Part shown: piece by piece, positions 11,432 to 22,649 of the stretch
Layout: each line of letters opens with the position of its first letter
Numbering within the stretch: the first letter of the stretch is position 1
Assembly: GCA_946965045.2 (NCBI GenBank)
Contig: OX337228.1
Coordinates: 5,828,001-5,892,000 of the forward strand
DNA from: Epithemia pelagica
Lineage: Eukaryota; Protista; Bacillariophyta
Direction of reading: 5' to 3'
Length of the DNA: 64,000 bases
The notes under the pieces: model-generated
The model's database searches: none
Told to the model about the DNA's origin: nothing
Seen by the model: the letters and a program-made list of their open reading frames with translations, nothing else
Position numbers and translations under genes: made by a program

Positions 11432-12472
11432 ATGGCGGAGGCAAATTTTGATTTGTTGCAGCTTCCTCTCGAGCTGAAGCGCCGCGTGGCGAGCTTTCTC
11501 GAATCGCATGATGCTGTCAAGATGGCTCGTTCCTGCCGAAATTTGTACCTTGCCTTGTCTTTGGCGCGGTTGGAACCTGTTCGTCCTCTATTTACGTCTT
11601 TCCGTCGATCCGGTGACGTCGGAACCGCGGACAACTGGTTTCGTGCCTTCAGATTACCCGTGCTGAATCGGCGTGTTCACAGTATGAGGATTGAATTTTT
11701 CTGGAGGGACCAGGGATGGGGTGATCGAAGAACTGAATGTCGGATAGTGGGATATCCTTCTTCATTGTCCGTTGCCGAAACTCCGAGCCAATTTGCACCT
11801 GGATCTGAGTTCAGGGGTGGACGAGTTGTCGCTTCTTCCCCAGACTTTGCGCAGCATAATGAGGAAAGGCTTACGTTGACTTTCAGTCCGATTGAAAATG
11901 AACTGTATCATTTTTGGTACAGAGTGGGGGGAGGCGGTGAACATGCAATGGTCCTAAGAGACGGCACACTGCAAACTGTTATTTTTGATGACGAATTCCG
12001 AAATTTTACGCGAAACTATCGAGTACTTTTCGAAGAAGGCGTCCTGTGCAGAGAAGTCAATGCAGACTATGAACACCAAGTTGCAGATACGAGCCTTTTC
12101 TTTCCTCGAATGCTTATCAGTGTTTCTCGAGCCCTACGTCGACAGTTACAAGGTGATGCTGGGAGAGAAGCAGATCGACGTCAAGAAGATGAATTGGAAG
12201 CATTTCTTGCTGAATATTCTATACCACTGAGTCTTGGTTCCCTGGTTGCCTTGGAGGAGATAGTTCTAGCTGACATTGAAGAACGCTTTGCTCGGCGAAA
12301 TGATGTCCGTGTCGAAAATAGCGACGAAGGAACTCGTAGTGGTGCTGCAAATGCAAACAATGAGCTTCGCAATGATATGGCCATTCTCCAGGATTTCGTC
12401 AACGAGATGAATGAAGACGTTGAGAATCAGCTAGACATGATAGTGGCAAGATTTTTGGAAGATGGAAGGTGA
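11432..12472 (+). CDS. F-box domain protein with unassigned C-terminal domain
   Basis: N-terminal LLQLPLELKRRVASFLESHDAVKMARSCR fits the F-box consensus; WRDQGWG motif follows. Confidence 0.6.
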   Translation: MAEANFDLLQLPLELKRRVASFLESHDAVKMARSCRNLYLALSLARLEPVRPLFTSFRRSGDVGTADNWFRAFRLPVLNRRVHSMRIEFFWRDQGWGDRRTECRIVGYPSSLSVAETPSQFAPGSEFRGGRVVASSPDFAQHNEERLTLTFSPIENELYHFWYRVGGGGEHAMVLRDGTLQTVIFDDEFRNFTRNYRVLFEEGVLCREVNADYEHQVADTSLFFPRMLISVSRALRRQLQGDAGREADRRQEDELEAFLAEYSIPLSLGSLVALEEIVLADIEERFARRNDVRVENSDEGTRSGAANANNELRNDMAILQDFVNEMNEDVENQLDMIVARFLEDGR

Positions 12473-12572
12473 TGTTAAGATACAAGGACTCTACCTACGA
12501 CACTCCGCCACCCAAGATCGAGGATGATATGCCAGAGGTCATGGATTTCGCTTGCAGTATGATTATATCATT

Positions 12573-13303
12573 TCATCTGCGCCAGTAAATATTCACCCCA
12601 TCCATCACAACAAGCATGGCGCCGTATGGCACAGCGGTTCGCCAGGTTGGTTTGTATGCCAAAGCTGCCAACGATATTGGACCGGCGATGGCAATCTCTG
12701 AGAAAGGACCAAGTTGATCGTTGGAACCCACACGCAATCCATACCTGCAATCAACGACATACGTGAGAATCATGAGCAAATTGATTGTCATGGTGTATTA
12801 CACAAAAGTTTCCAGCAATCATATCGAGGCATAAAGCAAACTGTTGACTGTTGACACCTTGTGACGTACTTTAGGATATGGAAGCCGCCGAAATAAACAC
12901 CAAATATCGTGGCTTTGTGTGTAGCCCCTTGAACGATGAACCGAAACTTGGCCATGTCGGAAGCATTTTTAATGACCGGAGATTCTCCCGCTGCCCGCAT
13001 TCCATCCAGCAATCCAAACACAGCCCCTGTTATAGTGCCGATACAACCGCCAAATGCTGCCTGTTTCAATAGATCAATGTTCGAGTAGGGAAACCGATGC
13101 TTCTGCGGGTTTGGTGTCGTTGCGTTGTCTCCTGATGCAACATCGTTATCATTCGTAGTAGTATCGATACTTCGCTCCTGCTGCTCAAACAAGGCTTCGC
13201 GTTGAAGATGTCGATAAATTCGTTCTTTTTGATCATCAAGATCTGTCCCATCTTGAGGGATTAGCTCCCAGGGTATCCCTCTCCCTCGCTCCCAAGAAGA
13301 CAT
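12573..13303 (-). CDS. Tim17/Tim22/Tim23-family-like membrane protein, 2 exons
   Basis: Gly-patterned TM helix AAFGGCIGTITGAVFG and FGVYFGGFH. A GTACGT..TGCAG intron joins ILK|YGLRVG. Confidence 0.6.
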
Positions 13304-13443
13304 TGCTGTCACAAATGTTATCTCGGTTGAGCTAAGCAACTAGGTAATCACAATGGATGGAGGATGATGAGGATGGAGATGGAGGATGGAGGATGATGGA
13401 ATGGATGTCTTGTCTGTGCTTTCATCAGATTCAATAAAACGTG

Positions 13444-13525
13444 TGAGCTTAGTCTTGGTCCTGTACGCGTGCCTTAGTTAGGTAGTCATGAGCGTAGTCT
13501 TGGTCATGTACGCGTGCCTTAGTTA
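13444..13525. repeat. Two 37-bp direct repeats (period 45) in the divergent promoter of the Tim17-like gene and RPC1
   Basis: TGAGC(T/G)TAGTCTTGGTC(C/A)TGTACGCGTGCCTTAGTTA at 13444-13480 and 13489-13525, 35/37 identical. Confidence 0.9.
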
Positions 13526-13664
13526 TCAGACATCGCCCAGACACGGACCTCCTTACGATCCCATTCCGGCTCCCACCACAAAGCCAAAGATAGATGACAA
13601 TAATAGAGACAGCAAATAATCAAAGATCTGTGTCTCTTCTCTCTTTGTAAAAGAAAGGCATAAA

Positions 13665-16600
13665 ATGAGGCATGAAAGCGCAGGCGGGAAGAGCTCCATA
13701 AGGAGCACTGATGATGATGATGAACCCAAAGCGGCAAGGAAGCGCCATATCCAGGAAGACCTGGTGCCGAAAAGAATATCACATCTACAGTTTGGCTTGC
13801 TTTCCCCTCAAGATATACAACGTTTGGCCGAGTTTCAGGTAACATCTCGAGAACTTTTCAGCATGCCAAGCCGTACACCTGCGCATGGAGGCTGTCTGGA
13901 TCCTCGTCTGGGTGTCAGTGACAAAGTCTCTACCTGCGCAACTTGCAAACGCAAAATCGGTGATTGCGCTGGTCATTATGGGTACATCAAGTTAGCTCTC
14001 CCTGTCTTTCACATTGGGTTTTTGCGACACACTCTTCACATTCTTCAGTGCACATGTAAGACTTGCTCCCGTGTTCTATTGCCAGAAGCAGATCGCCTAA
14101 AGCACCTTAGCAAAATGCGCAATCCAACAACGGACGTGCTGGCCAAAAGTGCTCTTCACAAGAAACTGGTTGATAAATGTAAAAAAGTTCGAGAATGTCC
14201 CCATTGTGGAGCGCTCAACGGCACCGTCAAGAAGATATCTGGTGCTCCCACGCTTAAAATTGTTCATGAGCGATACAAAGGAAGGAACTCGGATGAAGAA
14301 GTTGAGCAGTTGATGGATCAAATCGAGCGTTCAATGCATATCAATAAAGATGTGGCATCCGCCCTCTCGGCTCCAACTCCACCGGTTGAAGATCTCTTAC
14401 CAACTCGGGTTTTAGATCTGTTCAAACATATCCCTGACGACGATTGCGAAGTCCTATGGATCGAACCCTTGATCGGTAGACCGGAAAATCTAGTCCTACA
14501 GAATCTTCTTGTACCCCCAGTTCCAATCCGTCCGTCGGTGGCAATGGATGTCGGAGGTGGCAGCAATGAAGATGACCTTACTGTCAAACTCCAAGAAATT
14601 TTGGACGTAAATGTAGCGCTAGAACTGGCCCTTACTAAAGGACCTCATACACGTACAATCATGGAAGAATGGGACTTCCTGCAAGTCCAAGTGGCGCAAT
14701 ACATCAATGGTGACATGCCGGGTCTTCAACGTCCGATCGGAAGCAAGCCCATGCGGGGGCTTTGTCAGAGGTTAAAGGGGAAGCAAGGTAGATTCCGAGG
14801 GAATTTGTCAGGGAAGCGAGTTGATTTCTCTGCTAGAACCGTGATATCCCCAGATCCGAACTTGCGTGTAGATCAAGTCGGTGTGCCGAAGAAAGTGGCC
14901 ATGATCATGACCTATCCAGAAGTTGTCTCTCGGTACAATATCGAAAAGCTGAGGAAAAGAATCATAAATGGACCTGATAGGCATCCTGGTGCAAACCTGA
15001 TTCGAACGAAGGATGGACCTTTTGTCAAGTCTCTGGCTTTCGGAGATCGCGAGGCGCATGCTCGAAGCCTTAGAATTGGTGATGTAGTGGAACGACATAT
15101 GGAGGATGATGATATCGTGCTATTCAATCGGCAGCCGTCGCTTCATCGTGTTTCGATCATGGCTCACAAGGCGAAAGTTCTTGAGTGGAAGACTTTTCGG
15201 TTTAACACCTGTGTGTGTGGTACGTTCCCATTTTTCCAATCAGTATGTTTTCTACGTCTTCCTCCTAACTATTCCATCTTCACGACGAAACCAGCACCAT
15301 ATAACGCAGGTACGTGCGCACATCGAACGGTGGTTACTCTTAATCTTTAGCTAACTTATCATTTATGGTTCGCCTGGTATTTGCAGATTTCGATGGTGAT
15401 GAAATGAACATGCACCTGCCTCAAACCGAAGAAGCAAGGACTGAAGCTGCAAATCTTATGGGTGTAAAGCACAACCTTACGACGCCGCGTAATGGGGAGC
15501 CTCTTGTTGCTGGAAGCCAAGATTTTTTGTCTGCTTCGTATGTCCTGACACAAAAAGACCGATTCTTTACCCGCGAAGAGTTTGCTCATCTTGTTTCATA
15601 CTTTTCTGATGCGGAGGAGCATGTGGATTTTCCCTTGCCCACGATCGTTAAACCTATGGAGCTTTGGACTGGGAAGCAACTTTTCAGCATGATGCTTCGA
15701 CCGAATGGTCAGTACACGACCGTAGTCAATTTTGAGACGAAGGACAAGAACTACAACTCTGACAGGCATTTTTGTAAGAACGACGGATGGGTGGCATTCC
15801 GTAATAGTGAACTAATAAGCGGGAACATCGCGAAGAAGAATCTTGGAGATGGTAGCAAGACTGGCCTACTATATATTATTCTACGCGACTGTGGTATTGA
15901 TGCGGCAGCCCAAATGTTGGATCGCTGGGCGAAGTTCTGCTCTAGATTCATGGGAGGTCATCGGGGACTATCCATCGGTATCTCGGACGTCACACCGAGT
16001 GACAAAGTGCGGAAGATAAAGCATGACATCCTGTCGGAGGGTTATAAGAAAGCAGAAGAATCCATAAAGCTGTTCGAGAGTGGGGGGCTTGAACTACGCC
16101 CTGGTTGTGATTCCTTACAGTCTCTTGAAGAAATCCTCAATGGAATCCTTGGAAGACTTCGAGAATCTGCTGGTCAAGAAGCGATGAAAGCCCTTCCGTG
16201 GTCGAACACACCACGAATCATGGCTGATTGTGGTGCCAAAGGAAGTCCCCTCAATATTTCACAAATGGTGGCCTGTGTAGGCCAACAGGCCGTTGGAGGC
16301 AAGCGAATTGAAAATGGGTTTGTGAATCGTACACTGCCGCATTTTGAATACCACAGTCTCACACCTTCCGCAAAAGGCTTCGTTGCGAATTCCTTCTACA
16401 CTGGTTTGACTGCAACTGAATTTTTCTTTCATATGATGGGTGGTCGAGAAGGGCTTGTGGATACTGCTGTGAAAACAGCGGCCACGGGCTACATGGCACG
16501 GAGACTCATAAAAAGTTTAGAGGATCTTTCAATGCAGTATGATTCGACCATCCGGAACAGCGAGAACGCTGTTGTGCAGTTCTCTTATGATGACGGTTTG

Positions 16601-18094
16601 AACCCAAAGGCCATGGAAAGCAATGATCGGCCTGTTGATTTCAACCGATTACGACTGCACACAAGCCAGGTTGTCCCTTGCCATCATGAGGATGCTTTGA
16701 CGAGCAAAGAACTCATGGCGCTTGTGGAGAAAAAGCTTGGGGAAGATAGATTTCAGTCTTTGCTTCCATCTGGATGTGTTTTCTTGGATGAGATCCGGCA
16801 GTTTTTCGACAAGCTTGCACGTGAGCAATCAGATCTTCTAGCCTCCACTGGTTCGGACTTTATTGGTTACAAGACTTGGAATAGTTCACGCGTCACAAAA
16901 ACTCAGCTTGAGTTCATCCTAGAGAAGGCACTGGAAAAATTTATTGTCGCCTTCGTTGAGCCAGGAGAGGCGGTTGGTGCAATTGGTGCTCAGAGGTACG
17001 TACTTGCAAGCTTTACGAGTTACCCAAGAACATGCGTTTCTCACTCACATACGACCATTTATTTGTTACTTAGTATTAGCGAACCGGGTACACAGATGAC
17101 CTTGAAAACCTTTCACTTCAGCGGAATCAGTTCGATGAACGTAACCCTCGGTGTACCCCGTCTGAAGGAGATTATTAATGCAGCCAAGCTTATCTCTACA
17201 CCAATTATTACAGCCAAGTTAGAATGCGACGACAACAAAGTTGCAGCACGAATTGTGAAGGCAGGGATCGAAAAGACGACATTGGGAGAGGTTGCGAAGT
17301 ACATAAAGGAAGTGTATTCTCCTGAGAGTTGCTACGTGAGCGTCGAGATCGATCTTCAAGCCATCGAACAGCTGAAACTCAATGTGGATGTTTACAGCGT
17401 TCGGCGAGCCATATTGGGAGGGGTCAAGGGTGACAAGATATTGAAAAGCCTTTCGGAAGACGGCGTTTTAATAAAGCGTGGGTCTAAGTCAAAACTGCGA
17501 GTATACGTACCAACAAAAGTTGGGACGACTCCAGTGCCACGTTACTTTGCCATGCAGATGTTGAAAACGTCTCTCCCAAACGTTATTGTTCAAGGGATAC
17601 CATCGGTTAATCGCGCTGTGATAAATGAAACAGAGAAAGACGGCCGTCCGTCATACAATCTTCTGATGGAGGGCTATGGGCTTCAGGAAGTGATTGGAAG
17701 CCCTGGGATCGACGGGTTGTGTACAACCACAAACCATATTTTAGAAGTTGAAAGTGTGCTCGGAGTTGAAGCGGCAAGAACCCAGATATCTGCAGAAATT
17801 GAAAACATCATGTCCGCGTATGGAATTGGAATTGATAGGCGACATCTCTTGTTGCTGTCGGATATTATGACATTCAAAGGGGAGGTTTTGGGAATCACTC
17901 GTTTTGGTGTCTCGAAAATGAGGGAAAGCATTCTTATGCTTGCATCGTTCGAAAAGACGACCGATCATCTCTTCGATGCCGCGGTGCATGCTAGAACAGA
18001 CAGCATCGTCGGAGTTAGTGAATGTATCATTATGGGAATGAGTGTTCCTGTGGGGACGGGTCTTCCATCGTTGTTTTGGTCCTGTCGGTCGTAG
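13665..18094 (+). CDS. RPC1: RNA polymerase III largest subunit, 4 exons
   Basis: Zn-binding CPGH-like CAGHYG; GRFRGNLSGKRVDFS; NADFDGD after splicing; TQMTLKTFH and ASFEKTTDHLFDAA are RPC1-type; no CTD heptads. Introns at 15220-15294, 15310-15386 and 16996-17073. Confidence 0.93.
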
Positions 18095-18479
18095 ATCTCG
18101 GACTGCGATGAACACAAGAGATGGTTATCGTCTAAGTTTTACGATCACGCCCCCAGATCTTGATCCTCGGTCAAGCAAATGGGCCTCTACTGTAAGTCAT
18201 AAACTCAAAAAACCATAAATCTTACATTTATGTCTGGAAGATACGCTATAAGTATAAGATGGCGAGTGGTACTGTAATTCGTAAAACCTAACCAGTGTGA
18301 TTTGCTCGACAATCCAACGCACGTTATATGATATTCGCAACTATATATGTACATTGGCCCGTCCCGCCATTTCCCCCCAATGAGACTCCCTCCACCTCGA
18401 CATTTGCATTTCCACTGTGAGACGCCTTTCGTATTCCTCCTTCCGTAGTCAATAGTCATACCTGCACCTTCGTTGCACC

Positions 18480-19475
18480 ATGGATGAAAATGACACAGCG
18501 CTGATCTTTCTTCTCCTACAGGAGAAGAAGAAAAAGCGTCTTCGTCGTCTTATCGAACGACAGCGTCTTCGCAATCGTTCGGGAGGGATTAGTCGTGCAG
18601 CTCTGCTTCATCCAAAGTACTCTTCGTTCATGAAGCTGTATAATAGCGGCGACGACCCCTCGTTAATAGCTTTGTGTGGGTTTGATCATGCGTCATTCAA
18701 TAGTTTGCTAGAAATGTTTACTCCATTGTTTCTCCAGTGGAGTCCCTATCCACAGAAGGCTAATGGCAAATTCCACATGAGACGCGTCCGACAGACTGGG
18801 AGGACAGGACGCAAACGACAAGTTACTGCAACGATATGTCTAGGATTAGTCCTCGCGTGGACGCGTACTCGGGGTTCAACAGTGCCCTTACAGATCATCT
18901 TTGGGCTAACTGCTAACCCAGTTTCCGTTTGGTTGCGCTTCGGACGTCGTCTTCTCGTGAAGGTTCTGCAGGACCACCCAGATGCAGAGGTCAGACTACC
19001 TACGAAAGCTGAAGTTGCGAGCTTCAAGGAGGTAATAAGCGCTAAGTATCCGGTCCTCAAGAATGTGTGGGGAGCGATGGATGGACTGAAAGTCCTCATC
19101 GAAGCCAACCCCGATGTCGAGAATATTTTTTATAATGGGTGGAAATGCGATCATTATATTTCTACTCGTCCGAGCCTTTTGAAGTCTCACCAGAACAATC
19201 TGGACAGGCAAGGTCGAGTCAGAAACACAAGGGAGATGCACAAGGCCGCCACTTCGGTCAGGCAACTGTCAGAGTGGGGGATGAGAGGCTTGCAAGCCTC
19301 CTTCCCTCGCTTAAAGGATCGAATCAAGTACGAAGAGTTTGGGGAAAGGAAAATTTTCATCTCGCTAATAGTCCTTCTATACAACTACAGGGCTTCGTGT
19401 GTGGGCTTCAACCAGATTCGAACTACTTTTTATCCGTCTCTATTTCTTACGAGCCAACATGGGTATCAATTGTAG
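18480..19475 (+). CDS. Harbinger-type (DDE_Tnp_4-like) transposase, internally deleted
   Basis: HTH-like region (LIFGLTANPVSVWLRFGRRLL), WGAMDGLK, FYNGWKCDHY, TSVRQLSEWGMRGLQASFPRL. The GSxHD and xxDSAF segments normally between these are absent. Confidence 0.8.
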   Translation: MDENDTALIFLLLQEKKKKRLRRLIERQRLRNRSGGISRAALLHPKYSSFMKLYNSGDDPSLIALCGFDHASFNSLLEMFTPLFLQWSPYPQKANGKFHMRRVRQTGRTGRKRQVTATICLGLVLAWTRTRGSTVPLQIIFGLTANPVSVWLRFGRRLLVKVLQDHPDAEVRLPTKAEVASFKEVISAKYPVLKNVWGAMDGLKVLIEANPDVENIFYNGWKCDHYISTRPSLLKSHQNNLDRQGRVRNTREMHKAATSVRQLSEWGMRGLQASFPRLKDRIKYEEFGERKIFISLIVLLYNYRASCVGFNQIRTTFYPSLFLTSQHGYQL

Positions 19476-19494
19476 TACTTCTATAATCATTAAT

Positions 19495-20799
19495 CTAATC
19501 TTCATGTTCTTCCATGTACTTGTCGTTGTTTGTATCGTCGCTCGTAGTCGTAGTGTGGTCTTCGTGGGTTGCTGGTTTCGCCGTACTGTTTTGTGGTTGG
19601 ACCAGTTCGTTTTGGAGCTGCTGTGGTTGGACCTGTTGTTGTTGGAACTGTTGTCCCCTGGGCGCCAGCAGCATTAGCATGTTGGTCTGCTGCTGCATCA
19701 TCATCTGAAACATTGATTGTTGCATCGCCATTGCCTGCTGTGCACGTGCGTCCTCTCTTTCTCGTCGCTCGTCTTCTTTCTCTCGACGAAAGGCCCTTTC
19801 CTTTTCGTTGGCTTCTTGGCGTTGTTGTTGTGATACCATCATGTATTTCAAAATGGCATCAGTTCCGTCTTCCTTCTCCGTCGCATGTCGAAGACGCTTC
19901 TTCGTAGCCGAGCGAAGTGGCTTCGACAGACTTGTTCTCGGTGTCTCGAGTTTGTCCTGTTTGTCTTGTTTTTCTCCATGGTTGTCTTCTTCCTCTTCAT
20001 CATCATCTTCTCCATAGTCAGCATCTCCGTCTTGTAGGCTCTCGTCTGTAGACGAGGAGTCGAACCCCAAGTCTCTCTTGCCTGGCTTTTCTCCCACGTC
20101 GCAGCGTTGTTGTATTTCGATTAAAATACGCTTCGCTGCCTTGACTTCCTTTGGACAGTCAGGGTCTCCTGTGGGGATCTTCCTCCCATGAAGCGCTCCA
20201 AAACGGCGCTTCAGTGATTCCCGGTCTCTCATGCGGTCAGGGTCGTTGAAGTGTTCGTTGTATGCTTCGGTGACCCTGTCCCAATCGTGTTGCCCAGCAG
20301 GTTCGACCGCCGAAATGATGTCCAGAAGGTACCAAGTCTCGTCCTCTGTGAAGTTTCTCCCTCGAACTCGACCTGGTCCTCCATTCCCCTTTGTTGTTTT
20401 GGGTGCTTTTCCTTTCTTTCCTTTGGTTGTTGTGTTAGACGTTGTTGTTGTTGTTTTATTGGAGGCTTTAGGAGGAAGGGTGGGCGACGTCTTGTTTTTC
20501 TTTTTCGGTGCTGCTTTCTTCTGTTGCTTCTGTTCTTCCTTGAGTCGCTGGAGGCGGAGTCGAGGTGACTCACGCCGTACAGGTGGAACGCTTGTAGTTG
20601 CTTTGGGGGAGGGAGGGATGTTGGACTTCGTTACATTCAATTGAATGGACAAGTCCTGGGGTCCCTGAGTGATGGCTTGAGGTGGCGTTGGGACCTGGGT
20701 TGGCTCATCTTCCTCTGAGCTGGAGTCATCGTTTCGGGCCAACCCGGCCTCAATTTCAGCAAAGGCTTTCTCCATCTCATTTCCGAGATTGTTGGCCAT
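19495..20799 (-). CDS. Myb/SANT-like DNA-binding partner protein of the Harbinger-like element
   Basis: GRNFTEDETWYLLD...DWDRVTEAYN...RDRESLKRRFGAL..RKIPTGDPDCPKEVKAAKRI, followed by acidic and Q-rich coiled-coil tails; lies inside the TIRs. Confidence 0.75.
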   Translation of the reverse strand: MANNLGNEMEKAFAEIEAGLARNDDSSSEEDEPTQVPTPPQAITQGPQDLSIQLNVTKSNIPPSPKATTSVPPVRRESPRLRLQRLKEEQKQQKKAAPKKKNKTSPTLPPKASNKTTTTTSNTTTKGKKGKAPKTTKGNGGPGRVRGRNFTEDETWYLLDIISAVEPAGQHDWDRVTEAYNEHFNDPDRMRDRESLKRRFGALHGRKIPTGDPDCPKEVKAAKRILIEIQQRCDVGEKPGKRDLGFDSSSTDESLQDGDADYGEDDDEEEEDNHGEKQDKQDKLETPRTSLSKPLRSATKKRLRHATEKEDGTDAILKYMMVSQQQRQEANEKERAFRREKEDERREREDARAQQAMAMQQSMFQMMMQQQTNMLMLLAPRGQQFQQQQVQPQQLQNELVQPQNSTAKPATHEDHTTTTSDDTNNDKYMEEHED

Positions 20800-22110
20800 G
20801 GTCAGGACGCGGGTGAAAGGACAAGAAGAGAGAGGAAGAGAGAGGGCGCAGGTGAAAGGCCAAGGAGAGAGAAGACAAGGAGCAGTAGAGGTAGAGAACG
20901 AGAGGAGCTTTTTCCTTCCTCTATGGGGGGTGATATATCATATACATGTATGGACATATATATATATACGGACTGAGAATAGGTTTATGTCGAGAGTTCA
21001 TGAGCCGGGGCCTACCCTCGGACAAATTTCGTCTTAAAGGGATGTGTAATTCTCAACCGACAGGTTATGGGCCCAAGTTTAGGGGCGGTTTTATTCTAGG
21101 ATTTGGGGGTTATGACTTACAGTAGAGTTCCAATAGCATCCTTTTGCGTCCCTTCTTTTCTGTGTAGCTTTTAATCTTATTTGGAGCAAATCCAAAAAGT
21201 TTATCCTCTAGACGCCCCGTTTTCTGATCAAAAGCCATTATAAAAGAGTTCGTAGAAAACATTGTGGTGGCGGGATGGGACTGCTACTGGAAGAGTCCCC
21301 CGGCGTGATCGCAATAAATCGAGCGCTCCGATCTACACTCATACTGAGATAGTAAATAATAGCCCCAGTCCATACTATTCAACGGACAGTAAAATTATGT
21401 GGTCGGTGTCGGTGTCGGTGCACTAAGGGCTGGGGATACCGATCCATGTACATCTAAGTAGGCTCAGTACATTAATCTACGTAGTACTATTTTCATCAGT
21501 GTAACAAGTGGGGCGGATGGTCTCAAATTGAAAACTTGCTGCCACGAGAAACAATGCAAACTGGAAGCCATCGCTCGACAATGGTGGAAGTCGTCACCCC
21601 CATGGCCATAACTTCCTCAATAATAGAGCTTGACTCGACCGCTTTGACAATAAGATTATTTACTACTAGGGTGACTATGCTTTCAATTCGGTCGAGTCAG
21701 CATTGAAAAATGAGTGAGTTAGGGCGGTCGTTCGATTTCATCACTGCAGAAAAATGAGCGTACCTTTTCAGCCAACTTGGCAAATCTTCTGTAGCTGTAG
21801 AACACAGTAAAACTAGCAAACTCAAACAACTCACAGTAGTCGGATGTTGATGCGATGCATGAGTGAATGCATGCGGCATCAACGGATCTCGCCGTCATCG
21901 TGGAGTGTTTTTGCATTTTTTCGGACTTCCCACCATTTCAGGTATGACGTGTACTATGGGATTTTATGTACGCTACGTAGCTTTTGTACTGAACCTACTT
22001 AGCCGAACATGGATCGGCTTACCCAGCCCTTACGATCAAGGCGAACAAGGCGCAATCGCAATCGCATCTGCAGCAAAAAGAGCCCAAGAAGCTAAACCGA
22101 TCACGAAACC

Positions 22111-22510
22111 ATGGCCGATATGAAAGAAGTTTCATTGAAGGTGACTTATAGAATACCCGGTGAACGAATAAGCGAAATAACATTCAATGCTACAAATGTA
22201 GAAAATGCCCGGATTGGTCTTGATTCTGGCATCTCGCCATTCAAGGTACGATTTCACAGTCATTTTCGTCGCTACACGGGCTATGTCATCATACTGCTCC
22301 TAACGTCTTTTCATCTACTCCTACTCGTATATTTTTGTTCAGCCTCCTGCCGGGTCATTCGAATATGGCGGTACTCATGACCAAGGAAGCCTTTCAGAAC
22401 CAATAGCAGCAAAATCAGTTTTCACTGAGCTCATCGGGTGTGTGATGGCCGCGAAAGAGACCAACAACGACTTTATGACAAGAGTCATGGAAAACAAGCG
22501 TAAAACCTAG
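22111..22510 (+). CDS. 100-aa two-exon small protein, Gon7-like candidate
   Basis: Exons 22111-22245 and 22343-22510 joined by a phase-0 GTACGA..TTCAG intron give a clean ORF: MADMKEVSLKVTYRIPG...PPAGSFEYGGTHDQGSLSEPIAAKSVFTELIGCVMAAKETNNDFMTRVMENKRKT. Confidence 0.7.
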
Positions 22511-22649
22511 GAGCATGAGTAGTGTTCTAGGAGTTCTCCTAGTAGCTATCTGCTTCGTAACAACTTTTCCTGTAGAAAATCTCGAATTCTCCATCGAGTG
22601 CTTACGCCGAACAAATATTATTCGCTATCCCGTGCCATAGCTTCCTCTA

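Larger units (their letters stand above)
18190..21122. mobile_element. PIF/Harbinger-ISL2EU-like (PHIS group) two-ORF DNA transposon
   Basis: CTCTACTGTAAGTCATAA (18185-18202) is a perfect inverted repeat of 21110-21127; TA at 18188-18189 and 21123-21124. Encloses convergent DDE_Tnp_4-like and Myb/SANT-like ORFs. Confidence 0.85.

Noticed and set aside
13444-13525. CRISPR-like 37-bp repeats
   Set aside because: Only two copies, an 8-bp spacer, no cas genes, eukaryotic context.
13665-18094. RPB1 or RPA1 assignment
   Set aside because: No heptad CTD; TLKTFH and FEKTTDHLFDAA are RPC1-type.
21128-22110. Short ORFs (21697..21916, 21863..22123) and small hairpins
   Set aside because: No motif or convincing gene structure; a possible 5' UTR intron (21948-21999) cannot be confirmed.
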